A stretch of DNA of 64,000 nt, from NCBI GenBank assembly GCA_048013815.1, contig CM106586.1, forward strand, positions 5,022,001-5,086,000. Direction: 5' to 3'. The position numbers and the translations under genes are program-made. The first letter of the stretch is position 1. Every line of letters starts with the position of its first letter. The notes under the pieces were generated by a model, which was not told the origin of the DNA, did not search any database, and saw only the letters and a program-made list of their open reading frames with translations. Source of the DNA: Setoptus koraiensis (lineage: Eukaryota > Animalia > Arthropoda). Below, piece by piece: positions 1-10,061 of this stretch.

Positions 1-752
1 ATGACCATCAAAACGGACTGAGGATATCGCCAAACTGTGGAAGACACAAAGACCAGACAATAAGGTTGCCTAACATAAGGAAACAGCATCGCCATATGTA
101 AAGGTAGGGCGACAGCCCTAAGAGAGAGAGAGAGAAACTAAGAAGAAGGCCGGTAAATCAACTGTCATTAGCTGTCAAATCATTAGCTCCAAGATAGCTA
201 CAAAAGATAGTTACGAAAACATTAGCCATCAACTTCAACACATTATTTAGTGTCCCACTACAAACTGCGAACTTTTTTCTTGAATAACTTCTGATCCCCA
301 CTGCGGGGGCAAAGTCTGGTTTGACTGGCCTGAACCGGCTGAACGAAATTGCCGCAATTCAGGTCGTTCTACTGTAGATGAGCCCTAGGCTGACTTGTGA
401 ATACGGTTGCATGCCTTTTATTATCTAGTCGAGTATATATGTTTAAATGAATAAATATGGCATGCACTTGTTGACTCTCAATTTAGATTCTCTCAATTTA
501 CTGTTGGCACTCATTCCGAGAATGAGCCTGCGGTTTCGAAGGATTGTGATATAAATAACTATCTGCGACAGTGCCCATCCACCATGCGAATGTAAGTCGT
601 GCCGGTGAGTTTGGCGATTCTGGAAAGGAACTATAAAAAAAATTAACCATAACCATTTATAAGGCTATTTAACGTGTCTCGACAAGTGCAGAAATAACGA
701 AATAAATAGCTGAAATTTATTATTGATTGGCGTCATCTAATCGATACCAATC

Positions 753-1595
753 ATGCATCTATTTAATGTCGTCAGTATTGCTTTTGGAGCTCTCATGTTG
801 ATGAGTTTCAGCCATGCAATAGTTAGAGGACAGGAACGTTTTCTAAAACAAATAAAGACGATCAATAATGAAGTTGAAAAATGGTTCAACAGTGAATCTC
901 ATGTGCTGTCGAATCTCAGAGGTGCCGTCGGTCATGCCAGTGTGGCCCATCTACAAAGTAAAAATCTTCAATGGCCAAGACAAATGATGAAAGTGTTACA
1001 AATGGCCACAAAAAATCGCTCGTCGAGTGGGATTAACATGGAAGAGGTTAATCATCTTGTTGCTGGTTTGCATCAAGACAACCTACATCTGAAGGCAAAA
1101 TTCAACACTAATTTCAACCACTATTTAAATGAAAAATCCAAACCAAGCAGGGATGGGTATCTCCGTCAATCTATCGATTTATGTACCCCTTACAATGTTC
1201 AGAGCAAAAATTATTTCAACTTTCAAAAAGCCATCGATGATCTTCTGAAATTAGCCAAGGAGGAGAATGTTGACGACATCCAGTTCAATAAGCTTGTTAT
1301 AACGAGTAGTGAGCCCATCGCACCACTTTATTCGGCCGCCAAGATCTGTCAAGCAGTTATAGCGGCAGTAGCTAGGAAGCCTTATAAAGATCATTTCGAA
1401 TGGTCGGGAGTCGCCGAACGTGCGCTTCAGGCATGGCCCTACCCGGGCAACTGGGCCTTCCCTATCCGAGGAGGAGCGAAAGATAGGCTCTTGGAGCAGA
1501 TGTATAGACGGCTTCAAGAGGTTAGAGACGAGCAGGAAAAGAGAAAAGGCGACGGCGAACTGAAGCCTCACCGAATTGACCTGTTCAACTTGTGA
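753..1595 (+). CDS. Family A secreted protein, copy A1 (280 aa; only copy with an intact C-terminal tail)
   Basis: Intronless ORF; hydrophobic N-terminus ending VRG-QERFL (signal-peptide-like); motifs WPRQMMKVLQ, LCxPY, FNKLVITSSEPIAPLYSAAKIC, FEWS, WPYP shared with eight paralogs; AATAAA at 1720. Confidence 0.9.
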   Translation: MHLFNVVSIAFGALMLMSFSHAIVRGQERFLKQIKTINNEVEKWFNSESHVLSNLRGAVGHASVAHLQSKNLQWPRQMMKVLQMATKNRSSSGINMEEVNHLVAGLHQDNLHLKAKFNTNFNHYLNEKSKPSRDGYLRQSIDLCTPYNVQSKNYFNFQKAIDDLLKLAKEENVDDIQFNKLVITSSEPIAPLYSAAKICQAVIAAVARKPYKDHFEWSGVAERALQAWPYPGNWAFPIRGGAKDRLLEQMYRRLQEVRDEQEKRKGDGELKPHRIDLFNL

Positions 1596-1946
1596 GGCAT
1601 TCGCCCCTATGCACATTCCTGTTCTCTAAACAGCGAAATAAATTTCGCTCAAGCAAATTTTAAAAATTGTTTGAGAGGACCAGAGATGAATCAGAAATCA
1701 GAATATTCAACGAATGATGAATAAAAAGCTCCCAATCATTCCAAATAAAACGATTTATTTTTCTAAATTTAGGCTGATTCAAGTTACAGATCGCTGTCAC
1801 CTATCGTGGAGACCAGCGATTCGCCCCGTTGTCGTGGTCATTGGTTAGTTGCTAGTGGGATATCCTTCCTTTTCTTCGTTTCATAATGTTTATAATGTTG
1901 CATGAACGTTGATTTTCATGCATTGAGTGAGATCATTTTGCATTCA

Positions 1947-1979
1947 CATTGATGAAAAGTTGTGCTAATAATAAACTTC
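1947..1979 (+). promoter_or_regulatory. Conserved upstream module of family A (CATTGATGAAAAGTTGTGCTAATAATAAACTTC)
   Basis: Recurs about 200-240 bp upstream of the ATG at 3358, 5815, about 7107 and (diverged) about 8722, and on the minus strand before A7-A9; a CATATTGCAAC motif lies about 40-70 bp before most ATGs. Function is inferred. Confidence 0.55.
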
Positions 1980-2154
1980 TCCCCTATAACGATTTGCAGC
2001 GACAGAGTAGCTAAGAAACCGTTGTTTCCACTGGATTAAAAAAAAAATATTAATAGAATCTTCCCACAAGAACTCGCGGATAGGAAAGCCACAAATGCTA
2101 TTTGACATATTGCAACTGAACCTTCGAAATTCTATTCTTGATTGGCGACCAATC

Positions 2155-2874
2155 ATGCATCTATTCAATGTCGTCAATATTGCTTTTGGAGCTCTCATGT
2201 TGATGAGTTTCGGCCATGCAATAGTTAGAGGACAGGAACATTTTCTAAAACAAATAAAGACGATCAATAATGAAGTTGAAAAATGGTACAACAGTGAATC
2301 ACATATGCTGTCGAATCTCGAGGGTGCTGCCGGTCACTCCAGCAAGATTCTTTTGCAAAGTAAGAGTCATCATTGGCCAATACAAATGATGAAAGTGTTA
2401 CAAATGGCCACACAACTGGATACGTCGCGTGAGATCAACATGGAAGAGGTCATTCTAGTTGTCTCCGGTATGCATCGAGGCAATCTACGGGATAAGCGAA
2501 GATTCGAAGGTAATTTCAGACACTACTTGCGTGAAAAATCCAAACCGACAAGGGATGGATATCTCAGTCTAGCTATCGATTTGTGTACCCCTTACAATGT
2601 TCAGAGCAAAGATTATTTCAACTTTCAAAAAGCCATCAATGATCTTTTGAAATTAGCCAAGGAGGAAAATGTTAACGACACGCATTTCAATGAGCTTGTC
2701 ATAACGAGTAGTGAGCCCATCGCACCACTTTATTCGGCCGCGAAGATCTGTCAAGCAGTTACAGCGGCAGTAAATTTGGAGCCTCACAAAGATCATTTCG
2801 AATGGTCGAGAGTCGCCGAACGTGCGTTTCAGGCATGGCCCTACCCGAGCAAATGGGTTTTTCCTATCGGATGA
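2155..2874 (+). CDS. Family A secreted protein, copy A2 (239 aa)
   Basis: Start set at ATG 2155 (MHLFN) by homology to A1 rather than the ORF-track start 2095; all family motifs present; ends WPYPSKWVFPIG*. Confidence 0.9.
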   Translation: MHLFNVVNIAFGALMLMSFGHAIVRGQEHFLKQIKTINNEVEKWYNSESHMLSNLEGAAGHSSKILLQSKSHHWPIQMMKVLQMATQLDTSREINMEEVILVVSGMHRGNLRDKRRFEGNFRHYLREKSKPTRDGYLSLAIDLCTPYNVQSKDYFNFQKAINDLLKLAKEENVNDTHFNELVITSSEPIAPLYSAAKICQAVTAAVNLEPHKDHFEWSRVAERAFQAWPYPSKWVFPIG

Positions 2875-3008
2875 GACAATCGAAAGATCCTAGAAGAGAT
2901 GTACATCTATACATCTATAGAGAGTTTCAACAGGAAAGAGACGAACGAGAAAAAAGAAAAGCAAACGGTGAACCGAAGCCTCAAAAAGTGGACCTATTCG
3001 ATTTGTGA
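2875..3008 (+). pseudogene. Disabled C-terminal tail of A2
   Basis: After the TGA and a frameshifting ACATCTAT duplication, the frame reads REFQQERDEREKRKANGEPKPQKVDLFDL*, which aligns with the A1 tail RRLQEVRDEQEKRKGDGELKPHRIDLFNL*. Confidence 0.8.
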
Positions 3009-3597
3009 TGCACTCGCCCCTATGAACATTCTTGGTCTTTCAACAGCTAAATAAATTTCCCTCGAGCAAATTTCGAAAACTGTTCCAGAGGACCAGAGAT
3101 GAACTAGAAACAAGAGGAATTGATATGCGAGTGATATATAAGAATCTCGAATAAAAACCTCCCAATCATAGCAAATATTGCGATTTATTTTTCTAAATTC
3201 AGCCTGATTCAAGTTCCAGATCGTCGTCACCTATCGTGGAGACCAGCGCTTTGCCCAGTCTTCATGGTCATTTGTTGGTTGCCAGTGAGATATCCTTCCT
3301 TATCTTCGTTGCATAGATGTTGATTTTGATTCATAAGGCGAGAACATTTTGCATTCACATTGATGAAAAGCTGTGCTAATAATAAACTTCTCCCCAAAAA
3401 CGATTTGCAGCCACAGAGCAGCTAAGAAATTGTTGTTTCCACTGGTTTCCAGAAAAAAATATTAATAGAATCTTCTCACACAATCCGGCCAATAGAACAG
3501 TCACAAATGCCACTTGACATATTGCAACTGAAGCGAGAACTTTGGAACGAAAAATAGCCATTTATTCTTGATTGGCGTCATCTAATCAATATTAATT

Positions 3598-4290
3598 ATG
3601 TATCTATTTAATGTCGTCAGTATTGCTTTTGGCGCTCTCACGTTGATGAGTTTCAGTAATGCAATAGTTAGAGGACAGGAACGTTTTCTGGAACAAATAA
3701 AGACGATCAATGATCAAGTTGAAAAATGGTACAACGATGAATCTCATCTGCTATCAAAATTCAAAAGCGCTGTCGGTAAAGCCAGTCCAGCTCATCTGCA
3801 AAGTAAGAGTCATCATTGGCCAAGACAACTGATGAAAGTGTTACAAATGGCCACACAACTGGATACGTCGCATGAGATCGACATGAAGGATGTCACTCAA
3901 CTTGTCTCCGGTTTGTATCGAGGCGATCCGCATACGATGGATCAATTTAGCTTCAATTTCAACTACTATCTAGACCTCAGACCAGGCGCATCGATGAGGG
4001 ATGAGTATCTCACAGAATTGTGTCCTTACAGTGCCCACAGCAAAGATAATTTCAATGTCAAGAGATCAATCGAGGATCTTTTAAAAATAGCTAAGGAGGA
4101 ACATGTTGACAATGAACAGTTCAACAAGCTCGTTATCACTAGCAGTGAGCCGATAGCGCCACTCTATTCAGCCGAAAAGCTTTGTCAACTGATAGAAGTG
4201 GCCGTAAACGCGCCCATTTACAAAAATTTCTTCGAATGGTCCGAAGGTGCCGAACGTACCATTAAGGCATGGCCCTATCCCAGTGAATAG
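3598..4290 (+). CDS. Family A secreted protein, copy A3 (230 aa)
   Basis: ORF with signal-like N-terminus and all family motifs; ends WPYPSE*(TAG). Confidence 0.9.
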   Translation: MYLFNVVSIAFGALTLMSFSNAIVRGQERFLEQIKTINDQVEKWYNDESHLLSKFKSAVGKASPAHLQSKSHHWPRQLMKVLQMATQLDTSHEIDMKDVTQLVSGLYRGDPHTMDQFSFNFNYYLDLRPGASMRDEYLTELCPYSAHSKDNFNVKRSIEDLLKIAKEEHVDNEQFNKLVITSSEPIAPLYSAEKLCQLIEVAVNAPIYKNFFEWSEGAERTIKAWPYPSE

Positions 4291-4627
4291 GTCTCTGAAA
4301 GGCACGAATATGTAGATTACATGATACCGGAGGTATACTGACGGCTTGGACAGGGAAAAGACGAGTCGGAGATAGAAAGGCTGAAGATGAATAAGAAATT
4401 AGTGAGGCTGATATCCATTTAATGAATATTGAATAAAAGGAGCCAAATATTCCTAATAAGATATTTAGGCTAGTTCCAGATATGAGTGTCTCGCCAAGGA
4501 GACCCACGATTCCCGGCATTAGCTTTGTCGTTTGCTATTTCCTGGTGAAAAAAATCGTTCTCTTTTTGGTTTCATAAAGTTGATAATTTTGCATTAATGT
4601 TGATTCTCACGCGGCAAGGTAGATCAT

Positions 4628-5155
4628 TAGGGTAGGGCAAATCGGTCACTAAAATCGGTTCTTATGGGAGCAAATGTAGCATTTTCTCGGTTTTTTCGTT
4701 TTTTTGGGGTCTCGATACTTTTGAAACACCATATACAGTGAGTGCAGGGTGCGTCGAGATTCTCGACTCGAGAATCGATGGTTTTGTTGCGTTTTCCGAC
4801 AGAGAGCGTAATATCAGCGCGACTTTGTTAGGCTGACCGAAGTCAATAAATATCACAAGTGATCAGTGATCAATTGCCCAGCAACCGACTCTCGGAAACC
4901 CCAACAGGGCAGCTTTTCTTTATAATTTGGGCTAAATTTCTACTCTTTTCCATGAAAACCACCCGTATTTCGGTCCCCATGTGCAAGTTGGTGAAAATCG
5001 GTGATTATGAGGAAAATGGGTTGAATTTCGGTTTTTCGGTGACCACAAATACGTCTCAAAATCATCCTTATGATAAGAATGACTCGCTAGAAAATTCTTA
5101 GGGTGTTTGCCTTGCACAGGAGTAGTTCGGCTCGGAACCGATTTGCCCTACCCTA
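4628..5155. mobile_element. MITE-like non-autonomous DNA transposon, long copy (528 bp)
   Basis: Perfect 19-bp terminal inverted repeats TAGGGTAGGGCAAATCGGT (4628-4646) and ACCGATTTGCCCTACCCTA (5137-5155); no coding capacity. Reads either as a hAT-like YARNG end or as a 17-bp TIR with a TA target duplication. Confidence 0.85.
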
Positions 5156-5598
5156 GTTATCACGCAACTGCAATTGATGAGCTTCTTGTCTTTGAAGTTC
5201 GAGTTGTCTCTCACGAACTGTCAATTTCTGCTGGATATCTCCTGTTTTTGTTGACAGTGGAGAGCACTATGCTTTACCTCCATTTTAGAGGAGCTAGCTC
5301 GCGCCTTTGGCGAACAAACCTAGTCTGTAATTGGCTGCATTGGACAAACTTCATTAGTATCGACCATGGGATATAGAGAATTTTGCGATTGATTCGTTTC
5401 AGCAGGCACAAATGATCATACTTCTTGTATATTAAACTCTGGTTGTAATGATAGAATATCCAGATAAGCTGATTGGTCGTCCATAATTCTGTAATTATTT
5501 AGAAATTGTTCCATATCTTTGAAGGTTGAAGTAATTTTTGGTCAATTATAAAAATCAGGAACAAAATCCTTCATTACTGGACCGGCAAGTGACATAAG
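5156..5598 (-). pseudogene. Decayed coding fragment of unknown origin held between the two MITEs
   Basis: Minus frame from ATG 5595 reads MSLAGPVMKDFVPDFYN*PKITSTFKDMEQFLNNYRIMDDQSAYLDILSLQPEF... with a few stops, then shifts to QKLTVRERQLELQRQEAHQLQLRD; 5159-5232 matches 8481-8555. Confidence 0.5.
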
Positions 5599-5796
5599 TA
5601 GGGTAGGGCAAATCGATCACTAAAATCAACCAAAATCGGTTCTTATGGGAGGAAATGTAGCATTTTTTCGGTTTTTTCGGTGACTACAAATACGTCTCAA
5701 AATCATCCTTATGATAAGAATGACTCGCTAGAAAATTCTTAGGGTTTTGGCCATGCACAGGAATAGTTCGGCTCGGAACCGATTTGCCCTACACTA
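5599..5796. mobile_element. MITE, internally deleted copy (198 bp) of the 4628-5155 element
   Basis: Same TIRs with single mismatches; left part matches 4628-4698 and right part matches 5039-5155. Confidence 0.85.
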
Positions 5797-6053
5797 GAGA
5801 TCATCGTAAGTTTACATTGATGAAAAGTTGTGCTAATAATAAACTTCCCTTAGATGCTGATTTGCAGGGAGAGCGTCGCTAAGAGATCGGTTTTTCCATT
5901 AAATGGCAGGGAAAATATTAATAGAATCTTCCCACACGAACCGGCGGATAGAAAACACATCAATGTTATTTGACATATTGCAACTGAAGCGAGAACTTTA
6001 GAACAAAAAATAGACATTTATTCTTGATTGGCATCATCTAATCAATATTAATT

Positions 6054-6749
6054 ATGCATCTATTTAATGTCTTCAGTATTGCTTTTGGAACTCTCATGTT
6101 GATGAGTCTCGGCCACGCAATAGTTAGAGGACAGGAACGTTTTCTGGAACAAATAAAGACGATCAATGATCAAGTTGAAAAATGGTACAACAGTGAATCT
6201 CATACGCTGGCGAATCTCAAAGGTGCTGTATGTCACGCCAGTTCAGCTCATTTGCAAAGTAAGAGTCATCATTGGCCAAGACAAATGATGAAAGTGTTAC
6301 AAATGGCCACACAACTGGATACGTCGCATGAGATCGACATGAAGGATGTCACTCAACTTGTCTCCGGTTTGTATCGAGGCGATGAACGAATGAAGAAACA
6401 ATTCGACTTCAATTTCAACTACTATCTAGATCTCAAATCTACCGGATCAAGTGTGTATCACAGCGAGGCAAAAGAATTGTGTCCTTATAGTTTCCACATC
6501 AAAGATGATTTCAACTTTAAAAAAGCCTTCGAGGACCTTATAAAAATAGCTCGGGAGGAACATGTTGACAATAAGCAGTTCAACAAGCTTGTCATCACCA
6601 GCAATGAGCCGATTGGGCCACTTTATTCGGCCGTAAAGCTTTGTCAACTAATCAAAGCAGCAGTAAATAAGGTCCCCCTCAAAGGCCGCTTCGAATGGTC
6701 TGAAGATGCCCAACGTGCTATTAAGGCATGGCCCTATCCCAGCGAATAG
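6054..6749 (+). CDS. Family A secreted protein, copy A4 (231 aa)
   Basis: All family motifs; long near-identical DNA blocks with A3; ends WPYPSE*(TAG); AATAAA at 6901. Confidence 0.9.
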   Translation: MHLFNVFSIAFGTLMLMSLGHAIVRGQERFLEQIKTINDQVEKWYNSESHTLANLKGAVCHASSAHLQSKSHHWPRQMMKVLQMATQLDTSHEIDMKDVTQLVSGLYRGDERMKKQFDFNFNYYLDLKSTGSSVYHSEAKELCPYSFHIKDDFNFKKAFEDLIKIAREEHVDNKQFNKLVITSNEPIGPLYSAVKLCQLIKAAVNKVPLKGRFEWSEDAQRAIKAWPYPSE

Positions 6750-7334
6750 GTCTGTCCAAACTACGAATAGGTCACTTATATGATCCTGGATGAGATATAC
6801 CGACGGCTTTGCCAAGGAAAAGTCGAGTCGGATATATAAAGACTAAAAATGAGTTAGAAATTTGTCAGACTATGTATTACATAGTATGTAATGGATCTTG
6901 AATAAAAGGAGCCAAATAATTCTAATATGATTTCTTATGCTAGCTCCAGATAGAAGTGTCTCGCCAAGAAGATCCATGATTTCCGGGATCACCTTTACCG
7001 CTAGCTAGTTTCTAGCAAAGCATTGGTTCTTTTCTTCGTTTCATAACGTTTGTAATTTTGGATGAACGTCGTTTTTCATGCAGCGAGTGAGAACAATTTG
7101 AGTTTACATTGACGAAAAGTTGTGCCAATAATAGACTCCTCATGAACACCGATTCGCATGGACAGAGTAGCTCTGAAATATTATTCTCCAGATTCTCTCA
7201 GACAAATATTAATAGAATCTCTCCATTGAACTTGTCTAATAGGACACCCATGAATGCTATCTTTTGCTATTGCAACACAAGCGATGAATCCGAGATAAAA
7301 ATTCGCCATTTATCTGCTATAATTAATTGTAAAA

Positions 7335-8069
7335 ATGCATCTATTCAACGTCTTCGGTATTGCTGTAGGGACTCTTATGTTTGTCGTGAGTTTCAGCTCT
7401 TCGATGGGTGGGGCACAGGAACGTACATTGGATCAAATAAAGACGATCAATGATGAAGTTGAAAAATGGTACAAAAAAGAATCCCATCTATTGTCGGATT
7501 TCAAGGAGGTTGCTGGTCACGCCAGTGCGGCTCATCTGCAAAGTGAGAGCCATCATTGGCCAAGACAAATGATGAAAGTATTGCAAGTGGCCACACATCA
7601 CCAACAACCCGGTCTTCCTCTTGACTTGTCTGGTGAGGTCGACATGGAAGAAGTCACTCGTTTTGTGGCCCGTTTGCAGCACGGCATTCCATCAGCTAAG
7701 AGAGAATTCAGCTATAATTTCAACATGTATGTAAATCAAAAGGCCAGATCTCACGGGTTAGTGAGAGATGTGTATTCAGATCAAGCAAAAAAGTTGTGCG
7801 ACCCGTACAGTTTCCACAGCAAAAATTTTTTCAGCTTCCGAAAAGCCATCAATGATCTTATAAACATAGCTAAGGAGGAGAATGTTGACGATGAGCAGTT
7901 CAATAAGCTCATCATAACTAGTAGCGAGTCTATTGCACCCCTTTATTCGGCCGCAAAGATCTGTCAACTCATTATAACGGCCGTAACTACGCTCCCCCGT
8001 GAAGATTGGTTTGAATGGTCTGAAACGGCCCAACTTGCGCTTGAATCATGGCCTTACCCTGTCTACTAA
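7335..8069 (+). CDS. Family A secreted protein, copy A5 (244 aa)
   Basis: All family motifs; insertion HHQQPGLPLDLSG after VAT; ends WPYPVY*(TAA). Confidence 0.9.
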   Translation: MHLFNVFGIAVGTLMFVVSFSSSMGGAQERTLDQIKTINDEVEKWYKKESHLLSDFKEVAGHASAAHLQSESHHWPRQMMKVLQVATHHQQPGLPLDLSGEVDMEEVTRFVARLQHGIPSAKREFSYNFNMYVNQKARSHGLVRDVYSDQAKKLCDPYSFHSKNFFSFRKAINDLINIAKEENVDDEQFNKLIITSSESIAPLYSAAKICQLIITAVTTLPREDWFEWSETAQLALESWPYPVY

Positions 8070-8203
8070 GGCTAAGATACAAACATTGTTTACTCAATGG
8101 TAGCCTTTATTCACAGTTGATTGATCATGATCTAAGGTATATACATGTACACATAACAGCATTATTTTCCAATCACAAGAATAGATTTATTTCTGATTAA
8201 AAC

Positions 8204-8277
8204 ACTTCTCGAATATAACACATATACTTCTCGATTATAACATTTATACTTCTCGAATATAACATATATACTTCTCG
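8204..8277. repeat. 22-bp tandem repeat (ACTTCTCGAATATAACACATAT x3.4)
   Basis: Three full units plus a partial unit read directly. Confidence 0.9.
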
Positions 8278-8348
8278 GTCAGGAAAATTTATTTTGACCG
8301 TGTCTAAGATATCTTTTATTGTGTCGGATTGAACTTATTGCAATCCTT

Positions 8349-8557
8349 TCATAACTCTAAACTATTAAATTGATCCATAAGTTGATTGCCGAATTTGGGC
8401 GAGGTGACTACCAGATCCTTTGAAATGTTTCTCAGTTTGTTACACTTTGCTTCTAAATTGCGTATAGTTGTCAAATAGTAATCACGCAACTGCAATCGAT
8501 GAGCTTCTTGTCTTTGAAGTTTGAGTTGTCTCTCACGAACTGTTAATTTTTTGCTGC
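8349..8557 (-). pseudogene. 3' fragment of the same unknown ORF as 5156-5598
   Basis: Open minus frame KKLTVRERQLKLQRQEAHRLQLRDYYLTTIRNLEAKCNKLRNISKDLVVTSPKFGNQLMDQFNSLEL*; no start codon. Confidence 0.45.
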
Positions 8558-8964
8558 TTTCCCTCAGAATGAGTTAATCCCACTCGGACGATTGAAGAAT
8601 CGAGGGAGCTTGATGATAGAGGGGACAAATTAAAACAAAGAATTCAACAAGTAGACCTGTACGGTTTCTGGCACATGATATACTGACATATAAATAACAT
8701 ATAAACTAAATAAGTTATAAACATTGTCGATGTTTATAGGATATGCCAATAATAGACTTCTTTTGGATATCAACTCGTAGCGACAGAGTTGCGAACAGAT
8801 TTTTTTTACTGGATTACAGAAATATAATAGACTCATTCCACAGATTACGTCACAGATCAGCCACAAACCTTTTTTAACATATTGCAAAAACATATAGCAA
8901 GCGAGAATCTGGTAAAAAAAAACGCCATTTACTACTAATTTATTTGCTCTAATTAATTGTAAGA

Positions 8965-9678
8965 ATGCATCTATTAAACGTCCTTAGTTCCGCTGTAGGG
9001 ACCCTTGTGTTCGTCTTGAGCTTCAGCTCTTTGATGGCCAGAGGACAGGAACGTACCTTGGAACAAATTAAGACGATCAATGGTGAAGTTGAAAAATGGT
9101 ATAAGAAAGAATCACATCTGTTGTCAAATTTTAAGGAGGTTGCTGGTCATGCCAGCGCGGCTCATCTGCAAAGTAAGAGTCGTCATTGGCCAAGACAAAT
9201 GATGAAAGTATTGCAGGTAGCCACACGGATGGATACCTCGCAGGAAGTCGACATGGAAGAGGTCACTCATTTTGTGTTTGATTTACATCACGGCATCGAA
9301 GAATCGAAAAAGCTATTCAGGAATAATTTCAACTACTTCTTGAACCGCAAGATTAGATTTGGCGATGATATGAGAGATGTGTATTTCAACCAAGCGAAAG
9401 AGTTGTGCTATCCATTCAGTTTCCACAGCCAAAATTGTTTCAACTTCAATCATGCAATCAAGGATCTTTTAAAGACAGCTAAGGAGGAGAATGTCGACGA
9501 TGAGCAGTTCAATAAGCTTGTAATAACTAGTAATGAGCCTATCACACCACTTTATTCGGCCGCGAAGATCTGTCAAATTATTATACGGGCCGTAACTTTA
9601 CTTCCTCATGAAGATATGTTTGAATGGTCGGAACCAGTCGAAGGTGCGCTCAAGGTATGGACTTACCCCGTCTACTAA
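8965..9678 (+). CDS. Family A secreted protein, copy A6 (237 aa)
   Basis: All family motifs; ends WTYPVY*(TAA). Confidence 0.9.
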   Translation: MHLLNVLSSAVGTLVFVLSFSSLMARGQERTLEQIKTINGEVEKWYKKESHLLSNFKEVAGHASAAHLQSKSRHWPRQMMKVLQVATRMDTSQEVDMEEVTHFVFDLHHGIEESKKLFRNNFNYFLNRKIRFGDDMRDVYFNQAKELCYPFSFHSQNCFNFNHAIKDLLKTAKEENVDDEQFNKLVITSNEPITPLYSAAKICQIIIRAVTLLPHEDMFEWSEPVEGALKVWTYPVY

Positions 9679-10061
9679 GTTTTTCCTTAGGATGAGTCAG
9701 CACACCGTGATCTATTGGTAATATAAAATTTATATATCACACCGAGAGTAAGCGTAGTAAACATGTACGTGTACATGTCATATATATTCATATATATTAT
9801 TATATATTATCATTAATTATTTGTGTGTGAAAAAGTCACATGTGAGAGACTTGACAGTCAGAATTTGAATATTCTTCATCATCTAATTTTTTTCTTGTTT
9901 TCTATGGCATTTGAATGATATTAATTATAATGATGATAATGATGATGATATAGCAAAATTCCCGTGCATAATAACGTAGAAAACTATGCGTCATCATAAT
10001 CATCACAACCATCATATATATATATATGTATATATGATATGTGTGACCAGTATCTGTTTGA

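Larger units (their letters stand above)
8071..8557. other. About 490-bp insertion directly behind the A5 stop codon
   Basis: The homologous A7 3' flank (TAAG|TTTTTCCTCATAACTAGTCAATC) resumes here only at 8558 (TTTCCCTCAGAATGAGTTAATC); the insert carries a minus-strand open stretch and a 22-bp repeat. Confidence 0.65.

Noticed and set aside
1-500. Possible retroelement 3' end (short frame, (GA)n tract) at the window start
   Set aside because: No recognisable RT/EN motif, poly-A tail or target duplication.
1928-1940. TGAGATCATTTTG matches the first 13 nt of the bantam miRNA
   Set aside because: The match breaks off, there is no hairpin, and paralogous spacers do not conserve it.
753-9678. 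Bacterial or viral horizontal origin of the intronless AT-rich arrays
   Set aside because: Eukaryotic signals (AATAAA, TATA-like boxes, signal peptides), no Shine-Dalgarno or operon spacing, and similar AT-rich composition occurs in spliced host exons at 45.4-47.4 kb; a homology search is needed to exclude it fully.
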